DNA of 64,000 bases, taken from assembly GCA_964527395.1 (NCBI GenBank), contig CAZGQD010000001.1, forward strand, positions 3,000-66,999, in the 5' to 3' direction. The notes below the pieces were generated by a model. It worked only from the letters and a program-made list of their open reading frames with translations, ran no database searches and was not told the origin of the DNA. How positions within the stretch are numbered: the stretch's first letter is position 1; the number at the start of each line of letters is the position of its first letter. This document shows, piece by piece, positions 42,655-51,271 of this stretch. Made by a program: the position numbers and the translations under genes. The DNA comes from an uncultured Methanosarcinales archaeon (GTDB taxonomy: Archaea; Nanobdellota; Nanobdellia; Woesearchaeales; GW2011-AR9).

Positions 42655-42806
42655 GACTCCAAAGAAAATGTGTGGGGGGCGTAAAGTGCAGAACAAGAAC
42701 ATATTAGTAAGATCAAACGACCCGAAGTGACCAAATGGAGCGAGCGTGGAGAAGAGCCTTTTCGCTAATCGCCCCCATCGAGCAACGTGAGATTTTCTTT
42801 GGAGTC
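42655..42806 (-). repeat. Family L element, short copy in inverted orientation, closed by a perfect 15-bp helix
   Basis: gactccaaagaaaat (42655-42669) pairs with attttctttggagtc (42792-42806). Inner ggggggcg/cgccccc helix. The reverse complement shares ggggcga, aggctcttctccacg and gatc.. segments with 7151-7414. Confidence 0.65.
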
Positions 42807-42865
42807 TAAAAGAAGGTTATTTTGTACTTAAATTTTTTATAAAAAGCTATTTTTGAAGGAAAAAT

Positions 42866-43276
42866 ATGGATTTTATACAAATTAGAGATATATTTTATTC
42901 AATTGATGATGTAAATCATCAAATTATTGTTAAAGGAAGGGCAGAAGGATTAGTTAAGTGTATTGAAGTAATTCAAAGGGAATGTCAAAGTGGACAAGTA
43001 ACAGTTAGAGATGACTTAGCTGAAGAAATAGAACAAATGAGGAGATATGAAATGGGTGAATTGATAGGATACGATTTGTATGGGGAATTAAGTGCTTCTC
43101 AATTAACTTTTGGGCAATTACATAGGGTTAAATTAGGAGTAGATGTTTTTAGAGATTATGGAGATGAGGCATTGTTTTTCTTATATTTTGCTAACGATTT
43201 GCCAAATGATGATCATGCTTTGAGTTTTTTAAGAGTGAAATCTGTATTTGAAGCAGTTTTGGAGAATAATTATTGA
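42866..43276 (+). CDS. Hypothetical protein
   Basis: ORF with TATA ttttttataaaaag at 42834-42847. No family recognised. Confidence 0.45.
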   Translation: MDFIQIRDIFYSIDDVNHQIIVKGRAEGLVKCIEVIQRECQSGQVTVRDDLAEEIEQMRRYEMGELIGYDLYGELSASQLTFGQLHRVKLGVDVFRDYGDEALFFLYFANDLPNDDHALSFLRVKSVFEAVLENNY

Positions 43277-43287
43277 TAAATTATAGT

Positions 43288-43974
43288 TTATACTTTGTAA
43301 TGTTCTTGCATTGATTTTTCTTCTTTGGCTTGGATATACATAGAACTAGTTTTTTCTTTAAGGCTTAAAGATACACTCGCCATGATTTCTGCAGTTTTGT
43401 TGAATGAATAGTTACCAGCTTCAACATCTTGGACTTTTTGTTCTATAGCTGAACCTAAATTGTACATTTGAGTTTGTTCTTCTGGACTGACATAACCTTT
43501 TTGAGTTGCTGCAGCGTAAATTCCTTGCATTTCTGTGTAAAGAGTTTGAATTGGGATTAGAGATAGTTGGCCAATTTGGTCTGCTCTGTAAGCTGCTGGA
43601 AGTGCTCCAATCTGTCCTGGATGAATTGGGATTGATTCGTTTGCTAATTGTTCATCTAAGGATTCAGCTTGTTTCTTTTTTACTTTTGATTCTATAGATT
43701 CTTCAGTGTAATTTTCAGTAGTGTCCGATGTACTTGTTTTGATACCACGTTGGGTTTCTATGATCAATTTTGCTTCAGCTGAAACATTAGTGGTATCTCT
43801 AGTTGCAACCTGAGGGATAGGAACTTTTTCTTCTTCTTCCTCAACTTTTCTGACTTCTTGTTCAGCTTCTTTGATCTCTTCTTTTAGTTTTTTGATCTCA
43901 GCTTCTTTTTGTTTTTCGAGCTTTTCTAGATCTTCTTTACGTTTAAGAGCATCAATTTGTTTGCCTTCTGACAT
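43288..43974 (-). CDS. Coiled-coil protein with conserved-looking C-terminal domain
   Basis: N-terminal K/E heptad-rich segment, then a Q/S-rich globular part. No family recognised. Confidence 0.5.
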   Translation of the reverse strand: MSEGKQIDALKRKEDLEKLEKQKEAEIKKLKEEIKEAEQEVRKVEEEEEKVPIPQVATRDTTNVSAEAKLIIETQRGIKTSTSDTTENYTEESIESKVKKKQAESLDEQLANESIPIHPGQIGALPAAYRADQIGQLSLIPIQTLYTEMQGIYAAATQKGYVSPEEQTQMYNLGSAIEQKVQDVEAGNYSFNKTAEIMASVSLSLKEKTSSMYIQAKEEKSMQEHYKV

Positions 43975-44106
43975 AGTAAGGTCTAGAAATGCTAATACTA
44001 TAAAAAGTTATTATCTCTAAATGACAATAATTTAGAAAAATGTATATGTTGTATTTGTTTTTGAGAAAGATTGAATGAAAAATTGTCCAGAGATTTCGAG
44101 CAAAGC

Positions 44107-45501
44107 TTACCAAGTTATCATCCTATGGGACTTCTTAAAGTAACGATAGGTTCCCCAAGCAACTCTTTTTGCATAGGCTCCATCTTTGTCATTTTCGTCT
44201 TTTTTTTCATTTGATTTATTGGTTTTTTGTTTAGGTGGAGGGAGAAAATCACCGAAAAGTTTGTGAATAAAAGGTCTATTATCTTTCCATTTTTCTTTTT
44301 TTGATTCTAGATTCTCTTTTGGTTCTTTTCCTTCAATTTTACCTTTTGATTCTAAATAATATCTCTCTAATTCATCACCTAAGCCTTTCATAGCTTGGAT
44401 AACAGATTGAGATACATCTCCTAGAAGGTATAAGTTCTCTTTTTCTTTCATTTTTTTGTATTTTTTGATTTCTTCTTTAGTCCAATTGTAGGCTCTAAAA
44501 GTTAAATCTACTCTTCCAACGTGAACTGGACCTCTTTGGTATCCTTCTTGAACGAATTTCATGTGAGGAGTTGTTCTATAATTCCATGAAACTAAAACAC
44601 AGCCTTGTTCTTCATCATGGTGGCCAATTACTTCAATGTCTGTTCTACTACTTTCAAAAGCAGAAACAAGGTCTACAGAATCTTGATGTTCAGCTTTTAA
44701 ATGGAGTCTTTGCACGTTTTTTAGATAAGGTTTGATCCAAGTCATATACATCTGAATTATATCATAGTGTTGTCCTAAATATTTTAGTTGGAATTCACGT
44801 CTGTTTTTGTGCTCTTTGTATGTTCTTTTTTTCCATTCCATGAAGTGTCTTAAATGTCTTTTTAAAACCCTTAGAACAGCTTGGTTAAAATCAGTTAAAC
44901 CATCAACAAAATCTTCCATTTCGTCTTTGTTATTAAATGGAGGAGCATCGAAGAAAAGGTCAGGTAATGCTACGAATTCTAATTGGGAAGCCATACCAAA
45001 TACAGAACTTGGACTTTTACCACCACCTTGAACTAGATCTACAAAAATACCTTTCAAAGTAATTTCGTCAGCGTTCTTCCTATCTTTTAGAGGTTTGTCT
45101 ATTTGTTTAAATGAACCCTTGTAGTAAGCTACTCTTTCATCAATGATTCTTAGTTCTCTAACCATCTGAAAGAGTTCTTTTACCATTTTTCCAACTGTAG
45201 CTAAGAATTGTGAAATTTTGTCTTGTTGTACACCTAATCTTTGTTGTGTCATACCAAAAAAGGCTGAATTTTCTGAAGCTGAGAAACTGTCTTCAACTTT
45301 GATTACTTTAGAATAGAACTTTTTTCTGAATTCGTTAACTACCCAATAATATGGTTCTTCAATAGAAAGGTCTGGCATTTCGTAGACTAATTTATATCTT
45401 TTAAGGCATTTAGGGTATCCTGTTTTTTCGAATCTAGCGTCTACTGTTTCAGCGTACTCTTCCTCGAAACCGAATTCTTTTAGAAGTTCTGAACGTACCA
45501 T
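44107..45501 (-). CDS. Hypothetical protein (464 aa), basic C-terminal tail
   Basis: Long ORF with non-repetitive composition. GGGKS is not a proper Walker A. No family recognised. Confidence 0.55.
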   Translation of the reverse strand: MVRSELLKEFGFEEEYAETVDARFEKTGYPKCLKRYKLVYEMPDLSIEEPYYWVVNEFRKKFYSKVIKVEDSFSASENSAFFGMTQQRLGVQQDKISQFLATVGKMVKELFQMVRELRIIDERVAYYKGSFKQIDKPLKDRKNADEITLKGIFVDLVQGGGKSPSSVFGMASQLEFVALPDLFFDAPPFNNKDEMEDFVDGLTDFNQAVLRVLKRHLRHFMEWKKRTYKEHKNRREFQLKYLGQHYDIIQMYMTWIKPYLKNVQRLHLKAEHQDSVDLVSAFESSRTDIEVIGHHDEEQGCVLVSWNYRTTPHMKFVQEGYQRGPVHVGRVDLTFRAYNWTKEEIKKYKKMKEKENLYLLGDVSQSVIQAMKGLGDELERYYLESKGKIEGKEPKENLESKKEKWKDNRPFIHKLFGDFLPPPKQKTNKSNEKKDENDKDGAYAKRVAWGTYRYFKKSHRMITW

Positions 45502-45597
45502 CCTTTATTTTGGAAGAATGTTTTAGTATATATTGTTTACGGGTGTTTGGCGTTTTTTTCGAAAAAGTTATTACTCTTGATATGCTTTTGGTTTGTC

Positions 45598-45759
45598 ATG
45601 GAAGAAATATTTGAAGAAAAAGAGAGAAAATTGAAAAACAAGGGAATAATGAGTGCTTTTGGTCTTCTGAAGGATAAGAATATTGATGCGCAGAAAATTA
45701 AGGATGAAATTCGGGAAGAAGAGATTATTTCTGAGAGACGAAAATATAAAGATTGCTGA
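45598..45759 (+). CDS. Possible small charged protein (antitoxin-like composition)
   Basis: Short ORF MEEIFEEKERKLKNKGIMSAFGLLKD.... Overlaps the 3' end of the convergent methyltransferase gene. Weak support. Confidence 0.25.
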   Translation: MEEIFEEKERKLKNKGIMSAFGLLKDKNIDAQKIKDEIREEEIISERRKYKDC

Positions 45760-46402
45760 TAATTTTAATAGTTGTGTTTGGAAAAAGGTTTTTTATAGTG
45801 TTTAGCCATTGTTCTTTCGTATATTTTTGTATCTCTTGAGTTTGATGTAATGGAGATACGCCTGTTTTTGATAGAACTGTAACTAAAGTTCCGTTTGCTT
45901 TGAGGATTCTTTTTGCTTCTTGGAGAAGATTGTTTGGATTATTTAAATAGTTTAAAAGGAAAATTGCTGTAATAATGTTGAATTCATTGTCTTTTATTGG
46001 TATTTTGTTGTTGCTGTTGTTTGTTTTGTTTAAATCAAATTTGATCTTGTTTTCTATATTGTCGTTGAACTTGAGCATTCTTGGGCTAAAATCAATACCT
46101 GTGTGTGAATCTATGTAACTGTAGGCACCGCAACCTAAATCTAGAATTTTTGGAGTTGTATTTGTTTTTGAGTGAATGTTTTTGATGTTGTTTAATTCGT
46201 TTTTGATTTGTTCTTTTACTTTTTTAGGGATTTTTCTTTGCCAAAGATAGGTTTCTACATTCCAAAATGCTTGTTTGTTATCTGGCCAACCTTTTGCCCA
46301 TGGTATTATTTGTGCTAGAGCTTTGATTTCTTCATTCTTTGTTTGGTTGTATTGGAAATCAATGAGCTTTAGAATGAATTCATCCTCTAGTTTGTTAATC
46401 AT
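45725..46402 (-). CDS. Class I SAM-dependent methyltransferase
   Basis: ILDLGCGAYSY (motif I), GIDFSPRML, FNIITAIFLLNYL, AKRILKANGTLV. Confidence 0.75.
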   Translation of the reverse strand: MINKLEDEFILKLIDFQYNQTKNEEIKALAQIIPWAKGWPDNKQAFWNVETYLWQRKIPKKVKEQIKNELNNIKNIHSKTNTTPKILDLGCGAYSYIDSHTGIDFSPRMLKFNDNIENKIKFDLNKTNNSNNKIPIKDNEFNIITAIFLLNYLNNPNNLLQEAKRILKANGTLVTVLSKTGVSPLHQTQEIQKYTKEQWLNTIKNLFPNTTIKIISNLYIFVSQK

Positions 46403-46452
46403 TATGATTTGTTTGTTGAGGGAGAAGTTTTTAAAGCTTTATTAACTTCTTT

Positions 46453-47112
46453 TTGATTATGGTTGATTCGTATGGTTCTGGTTCTGGTGGTTCAGGAGTA
46501 TCTGGAGGAGTGGGTGCTTCTGCTGGAGCTAGGGTTTCTGGAACTGAAGCTGTGCTTTATTCTGTGCCTAAGAAAATGTCAACTGTGTTCTTGTCTAAGT
46601 TTTTGGTACTTGTTTTGCTTTCTGGCTTATTTTATGCTGGAATTTTGTTGAATATCTCATTGTTATCGCTTCGTAGGGCTACTGAGAGTAATGCCAAAAT
46701 TGGAGCTTTAATGATAGTGGTGTTCTTGCTATTTTTTGGACTTATTAGTAATTTTGTTAAGGCTAAACATCCAATTGTGTTTTTGCAGACAGGTGTGAAA
46801 CTGTCTAAGCATAAAACTTTGTTGTTTTCAGAGATTAGTAGTGTTGAACGTAAAAGAGGGATTTTTGATAGAATTTTTTCTAGTTATCATTTACGATTGA
46901 ATAAAAAATATGTGCTTGAAGGGATAGATAATTCTGTTGATTTAGAGACTTATTTGAATCAGTTAGTAGCTTATGCACATCAGCAGTCTGCTCAAAGTGG
47001 TTATGGATATTCAAGTCAAATGGGTCAGATGGGTCAGGGTGGATATGGTTCTAGTGGGTCTTATGGTGGTTATGGATCTAATGCTGGTTATGATGGGCAG
47101 AGAAGGTATTGA
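46453..47112 (+). CDS. Membrane protein with bacterial-PH (YdbS/YdbT-like) domain and Gly/Ser/Tyr-rich termini
   Basis: Two TM helices followed by LFSEISSVERKRGIFDRIFSSYHLRL (bPH_2-like). Low-complexity G/S/Y ends. Confidence 0.45.
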   Translation: MIMVDSYGSGSGGSGVSGGVGASAGARVSGTEAVLYSVPKKMSTVFLSKFLVLVLLSGLFYAGILLNISLLSLRRATESNAKIGALMIVVFLLFFGLISNFVKAKHPIVFLQTGVKLSKHKTLLFSEISSVERKRGIFDRIFSSYHLRLNKKYVLEGIDNSVDLETYLNQLVAYAHQQSAQSGYGYSSQMGQMGQGGYGSSGSYGGYGSNAGYDGQRRY

Positions 47113-47121
47113 GTGAGTTTA

Positions 47122-48792
47122 TCAAAAACCAACGTAGCCTTGCTGAGTTTCTTGGCTGTTTTCTCCCAATTCTTTGATTTGTTCTGCTTTTAGTTTTTCT
47201 TTGTATTCTTTTACGTAATTTGGGTAGAAGGGAATACTTATTGGGATTGCGAATCTGGTGAAAGTGGAAGTTACTATTGCTTCACCTTTGTCTAGAGAGG
47301 CTATGGATTTAGATTGGTCCTTTAAATCTTGAGCAGCACTTTCTATGATAGCTTGACGTTCAGGTTGCATTTCTATTCCTAAGATGATTTTGGTGTTCAT
47401 GTTAGCTAGAATGGTTTTTGGAATTTCTGAAGGTAATTGGGTAATTGCTGTTAGACCGATTTTGAATTTACGTCCTTCTCTTGCTAAAGTGTCGAAAACA
47501 TTTGAGCCTTGCTCTAGGACTTTTTTACCTAAGACTCTTGGAGCTTCTTCTAGAACAATACTGATAACTGGTTTTGTTTCTAGGGTGCCTTCACGTTTGT
47601 ATTTTTTGTAGAGACTTAGCATTTCTGTAGCTATCATAGCACCAACCATGATTTCTACTGCGCCTGAAAAAAATGAAGTGTCGATAATCACTTTTTTACC
47701 TTGTTCTAATTCTTTGGTGATCTCTGAGATTGTGTTTTCTCCAGCAGTTGTTGAGAATATTCCGTCGGCTGTGATTTGGTTGTTGTCTAGGATGTCTAGG
47801 TTTAAAAGGGACATGAGTTTTCTTTTTACTACTGCAACAGTGTCAGGGTGGAAACTAGCACCTTGGATTCTTTCTTCTTTCATGATGGCAGGAATCCATT
47901 CTTGTTTGAACTTTTTGTTGTATAGGAGCATTAATTGTCTTTGTGGAGAACTTAGTTGTAAGGCACCGTGAAAATGGTTTGGTTTTAGAATGCAAAGGTT
48001 GAAGATAAGGGTTTTAGCACCAGGAGGAGGTTGTGTAGGGGTATAGTAGCTGACATTTTGCCTGGTTTTAGGGTGGTTTTTAAGTCCAAGTTCTGTTCTG
48101 CCGTAGTATTCATCATGAGGATCTAAGATAAGCATGCCTAAGTAGTCTTTGTTCGTACTGTCCCAGACTAGACATTTAAGAAAATTAGATTTTCCCTTAC
48201 CAGTACTTGCAGCTACTAATAAGTGGTGACTGAATACTTCCTTACCTGGTAGGAAAATGTCTTTGTTGATTTTTTTGGATCCGCTCCTTAAGTTTCCTAG
48301 AAATAATGCATCTTTTGGAGTTTGCATGAAGCTAATGTCATCTGCTTGTATCTGTTTTACTTTAGCAAATATTTCTGGGAGTTTTTTACAAGGAATTGCT
48401 TTGTGATTGTTGTTTTGGTCTTTTTTTATTATTAGAAGGGGTTTGAGAATGGCTATTTGATAGATTCTTTGAGATGTGTTGAAGAGGTTGGTGTCTAAGT
48501 TGTCTTCTAATCTTAATCCGGAGACCATTTCTAGGTTTTGTTGGCTCATTTGGTAAGAATATGATAAATCGTATACTTGAGCTAGGATGATGGTGTTTTG
48601 GTCTTTGCTGTTTGTATCTTTTGTCTCAATTGTAACTATTTCACCAATTTCAATCTCTTGGTTAGATTTGACTCGCATGAGAATTTTATCAAAATCACCA
48701 CCTAAGACTTCACCTTTGATTTGGTTTATGTTTTGCTCTTTTTTTGTATTTTCATCCATTGGTAATTTTTGGTTTTGGGTGTTTTTAAGCAT
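47122..48792 (-). CDS. HerA/FtsK-like ATPase (DUF87 family)
   Basis: N-terminal barrel-like region ([15 protein letters not shown]...IGEIVTIE), Walker [12 protein letters not shown], Walker [13 protein letters not shown], and [20 protein letters not shown]. Confidence 0.8.
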   Translation of the reverse strand: MLKNTQNQKLPMDENTKKEQNINQIKGEVLGGDFDKILMRVKSNQEIEIGEIVTIETKDTNSKDQNTIILAQVYDLSYSYQMSQQNLEMVSGLRLEDNLDTNLFNTSQRIYQIAILKPLLIIKKDQNNNHKAIPCKKLPEIFAKVKQIQADDISFMQTPKDALFLGNLRSGSKKINKDIFLPGKEVFSHHLLVAASTGKGKSNFLKCLVWDSTNKDYLGMLILDPHDEYYGRTELGLKNHPKTRQNVSYYTPTQPPPGAKTLIFNLCILKPNHFHGALQLSSPQRQLMLLYNKKFKQEWIPAIMKEERIQGASFHPDTVAVVKRKLMSLLNLDILDNNQITADGIFSTTAGENTISEITKELEQGKKVIIDTSFFSGAVEIMVGAMIATEMLSLYKKYKREGTLETKPVISIVLEEAPRVLGKKVLEQGSNVFDTLAREGRKFKIGLTAITQLPSEIPKTILANMNTKIILGIEMQPERQAIIESAAQDLKDQSKSIASLDKGEAIVTSTFTRFAIPISIPFYPNYVKEYKEKLKAEQIKELGENSQETQQGYVGF

Positions 48793-48865
48793 TTCTGAGC
48801 ATTAGATGTAGTTTGGCGAAAGATTAATATATAATTGACTATATGTTAACTATAGGTGACATATA

Positions 48866-49090
48866 GTGGAAATAACTACAATTCAAATAGATAAAGCACT
48901 TGCACAGAAATTAAAGGAACTTCGAGAGTATCCAAGACAAACTTATAATGAGCTTATAGAAAAAATGATTAGTGTTTTTAAAGATGTAAAAAGACAAAAT
49001 CAGTATGACGAATTTCTTCATAAGGTGCAACAGCAAAAAATGAAAGAGTTTTGGGATAATGAAGAAGATGAAGCATGGGAAAATGCTTAG
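48866..49090 (+). CDS. Small RHH/antitoxin-like protein
   Basis: GTG start. N-terminal beta-strand-like ITTIQIDKALAQKLKEL. Overlaps and precedes a PemK-like gene. Confidence 0.5.
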   Translation: MEITTIQIDKALAQKLKELREYPRQTYNELIEKMISVFKDVKRQNQYDEFLHKVQQQKMKEFWDNEEDEAWENA

Positions 49091-49101
49091 AGGAAGTTGT
49101 G

Positions 49102-49413
49102 ATGGTAGAAAGTGGAGATGTTGTTCTAACTCAAATTCAGTATACAGATACTTTTGAGGTTAAAAAAAGGCCAGGAGTGGTTTTATTTGAAGAGTTTGGA
49201 AATGTAGTTGTTGCAGGAATTACAAGTAATTTGGAGATGATAGGAGTTCCATTGACTAAAAAAGAAGGAGCAATTAAGGAAAGTGTGATTAAGTTAAATT
49301 ATTTGTTCACAGTTTCTAAGTCTCTGATTCAGAAAAAGCTTTTTTCTTTGACAGAGGAGAAAAAAGAGATAGTTTTTGATCAGTTAGTTGAGAGGTTAAA
49401 AGATTTGAAGTGA
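49102..49413 (+). CDS. PemK/MazF-like toxin
   Basis: GDVVLTQIQYTDTFEVKKRPGVVLFEEFGNVVVAGITSN follows the MazF/PemK pattern (GD.v...fp.td....KkRPalVl......vi.a.ITSn). Confidence 0.65.
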   Translation: MVESGDVVLTQIQYTDTFEVKKRPGVVLFEEFGNVVVAGITSNLEMIGVPLTKKEGAIKESVIKLNYLFTVSKSLIQKKLFSLTEEKKEIVFDQLVERLKDLK

Positions 49414-49451
49414 AATTCTCAGTTAACTTATGATAATCAGAGATTCTCAAC

Positions 49452-49500
49452 ATTATGAAAACTTTTAGTTTTCAAACCTTGCTTCGTTCCTTGCAAGATT
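49452..49500 (+). repeat. Family B-like double hairpin (divergent copy)
   Basis: attatgaaaacttttagttttcaaaccttgcttcgttccttgcaag has hairpins gaaaac/gttttc and ccttgc/gcaagg, the same layout as the other B copies. Confidence 0.5.
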
Positions 49501-49545
49501 TGTCATTTTCAAGGCCAAACTTTATAAAGAGAAGCTTAATTTTTA

Positions 49546-49806
49546 TTGATTATGGAAGCAACAGTAATGCATTTTAGGCAAGGAAGACACCACCAGAACA
49601 CTGGGCAAGTGATTTTGAAGGCTAGTGAGTCAGCAGAGGAGTCTGAGAAGCTAATTGGAAAGAAAGTTACTTGGAAAAGTCCAGCTGGAAAAGAGATTTC
49701 TGGTAAAGTATCAGCTTTACACGGTAGAAAAGGGAATGTAAGAGCTATTTTTGCTGAGAAGGGGTTACCTGGACAGGCTCTTGGAACAAAAGTAGTTATT
49801 GCTTAG
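49546..49806 (+). CDS. rpl35ae: 50S ribosomal protein eL33 (L35Ae)
   Basis: GKKVTWKSPAGKEISGKVSALHGRKGNVRAIFAEKGLPGQALGTKV is the L35Ae signature. TATA at 49521-49530. Confidence 0.8.
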   Translation: MIMEATVMHFRQGRHHQNTGQVILKASESAEESEKLIGKKVTWKSPAGKEISGKVSALHGRKGNVRAIFAEKGLPGQALGTKVVIA

Positions 49807-49933
49807 GTTTTTTGATTTTATTCTTGGTTTTTTAGGTTATTTGGGTTGTTTTTCTTGATTTGGGTGTGGTTTATAGTCTTTTTTAAAAGATTATTTAGGC
49901 CCAGTTTATCTTTTGTCACTTTCTAGTACTGAA

Positions 49934-49943
49934 CATTTATAAC
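49934..49943 (+). promoter_or_regulatory. TATA box for 49966..51231
   Basis: catttataac about 27 nt upstream of ATG 49966. Confidence 0.5.
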
Positions 49944-49965
49944 TGAGTGCTGTTTTTGGGTAATT

Positions 49966-51231
49966 ATGGCAGATTATACAGTTGGTGGACGATTTATTTT
50001 ACTTCCTGATGTTCGTAGTAGGAAATCAGTTTTAGAAGCAGCAGGAGAAGTAATTGATACTAGAGAAGCTGCTAACAATTCTATTAATTATGATGCTGTA
50101 ATTGCTCCAGGGAATTTGATTAATGCAACTGAAGGTTTTTCTACAGAAAATTATGGTGGAGCTTTTTCTTTGGTTCTTGATGCTCAAAATGAAGTTCTTC
50201 AGGCTAGGAGGTCTGACCTTGAAGCTGCAAGCTCTTCTTTACAAGTAAAGATGCAAGAAAAAGGAGTTAATGGAGAAGAAGAACTTATGCAAAAGTTGCA
50301 GGAAGGAGATGAGGATTTAAGGCCTTTATTTGAAGCAGTAATGACTATTCAAAAAGAAATTGGAGAAGAATCTTTAGAAAAGGCATATAGTAATGGATTT
50401 ACTTTAGATCATTTGCTAGGTGGAGTTAGAAGTGAATATGAAGGTTTGAAACCATCTTTTGAAAATCTTGCTTCTAAAGTACCTATATTTTCTATTTGTG
50501 GTGGACAAGATACTTTGCTTGCTTATGAGGTATTAGATCAAAGTAATGGAGGGCCTTTACAGTTTGTTGAGTATAAGAAAGCTGGAGTAACTTTATCTGG
50601 AATTAATGGATTAGATTGGTTTGTTCAAGGTGATACAAATACAGCTCAAAGATCAAATATAGCAGGTATGTTAAATACTCTTTGTGGGTGGGAAGGTAAA
50701 GAAGATAGTTTAGTTGATATTTTGATTAATTATAATTCTGGATTAACTGTTAATGAAGAGAATAAAGGATTAATGAATGATGCAAATTATAGACTTGGAA
50801 TGGCCAGTGGTAGAATACTTACATTTTCACAAAGTGTTCAAAAAAATAGATTAGATGATACTGTTTTAGATGCTGATGGAAACCCAAAGAAAGCTGATTT
50901 ATTTATATCTAGTAATCCAATTTATAATGCTTTATTTGGAACAGGAGATGTGGCACTAGAGTATGGAGTTAAATCAAATACTGTATTTTCTGGTAATGAA
51001 CCAGTTGCTAGAATTGGTAATTTGATTGGTCCAGCTATAGATCAAGCAATTCAGGCTTCTACAGAAACTTGCACTGTTGAAGGGTATGATGGAGAAGTTC
51101 CAGTATTTTATTTTGATGTAGATGAAAGTGGAGTTCCACAACTAAATTGTGGTCCAGAATACATGTTTGAAGTAATTTATGATGATCAAAAACAGGTACA
51201 AGAAGTAATAATTTATGATATTGCTGCTTAA
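49966..51231 (+). CDS. Hypothetical protein (421 aa)
   Basis: Long ORF with a TATA at 49934-49943. No signal peptide or recognised family. Confidence 0.55.
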   Translation: MADYTVGGRFILLPDVRSRKSVLEAAGEVIDTREAANNSINYDAVIAPGNLINATEGFSTENYGGAFSLVLDAQNEVLQARRSDLEAASSSLQVKMQEKGVNGEEELMQKLQEGDEDLRPLFEAVMTIQKEIGEESLEKAYSNGFTLDHLLGGVRSEYEGLKPSFENLASKVPIFSICGGQDTLLAYEVLDQSNGGPLQFVEYKKAGVTLSGINGLDWFVQGDTNTAQRSNIAGMLNTLCGWEGKEDSLVDILINYNSGLTVNEENKGLMNDANYRLGMASGRILTFSQSVQKNRLDDTVLDADGNPKKADLFISSNPIYNALFGTGDVALEYGVKSNTVFSGNEPVARIGNLIGPAIDQAIQASTETCTVEGYDGEVPVFYFDVDESGVPQLNCGPEYMFEVIYDDQKQVQEVIIYDIAA

Positions 51232-51271
51232 AGGTTTTATTAGAGTTACTTAGATTGCTAGTATTTTTGTT

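Noticed and set aside
42655-42806. tRNA-like reading of the element (7-bp GGGGGCG/CGCCCCC acceptor-like helix on the minus strand)
   Set aside because: No D-arm, anticodon arm or T-arm (no GTTCRA-type loop) can be placed. The length is ~125 nt between the helix strands. A homologous, longer copy exists at 7.2 kb.
44107-45501. P-loop NTPase assignment from the GGGKS sequence
   Set aside because: The spacing does not fit GxxxxGK[ST], and no Walker B-like motif follows. Left as hypothetical.
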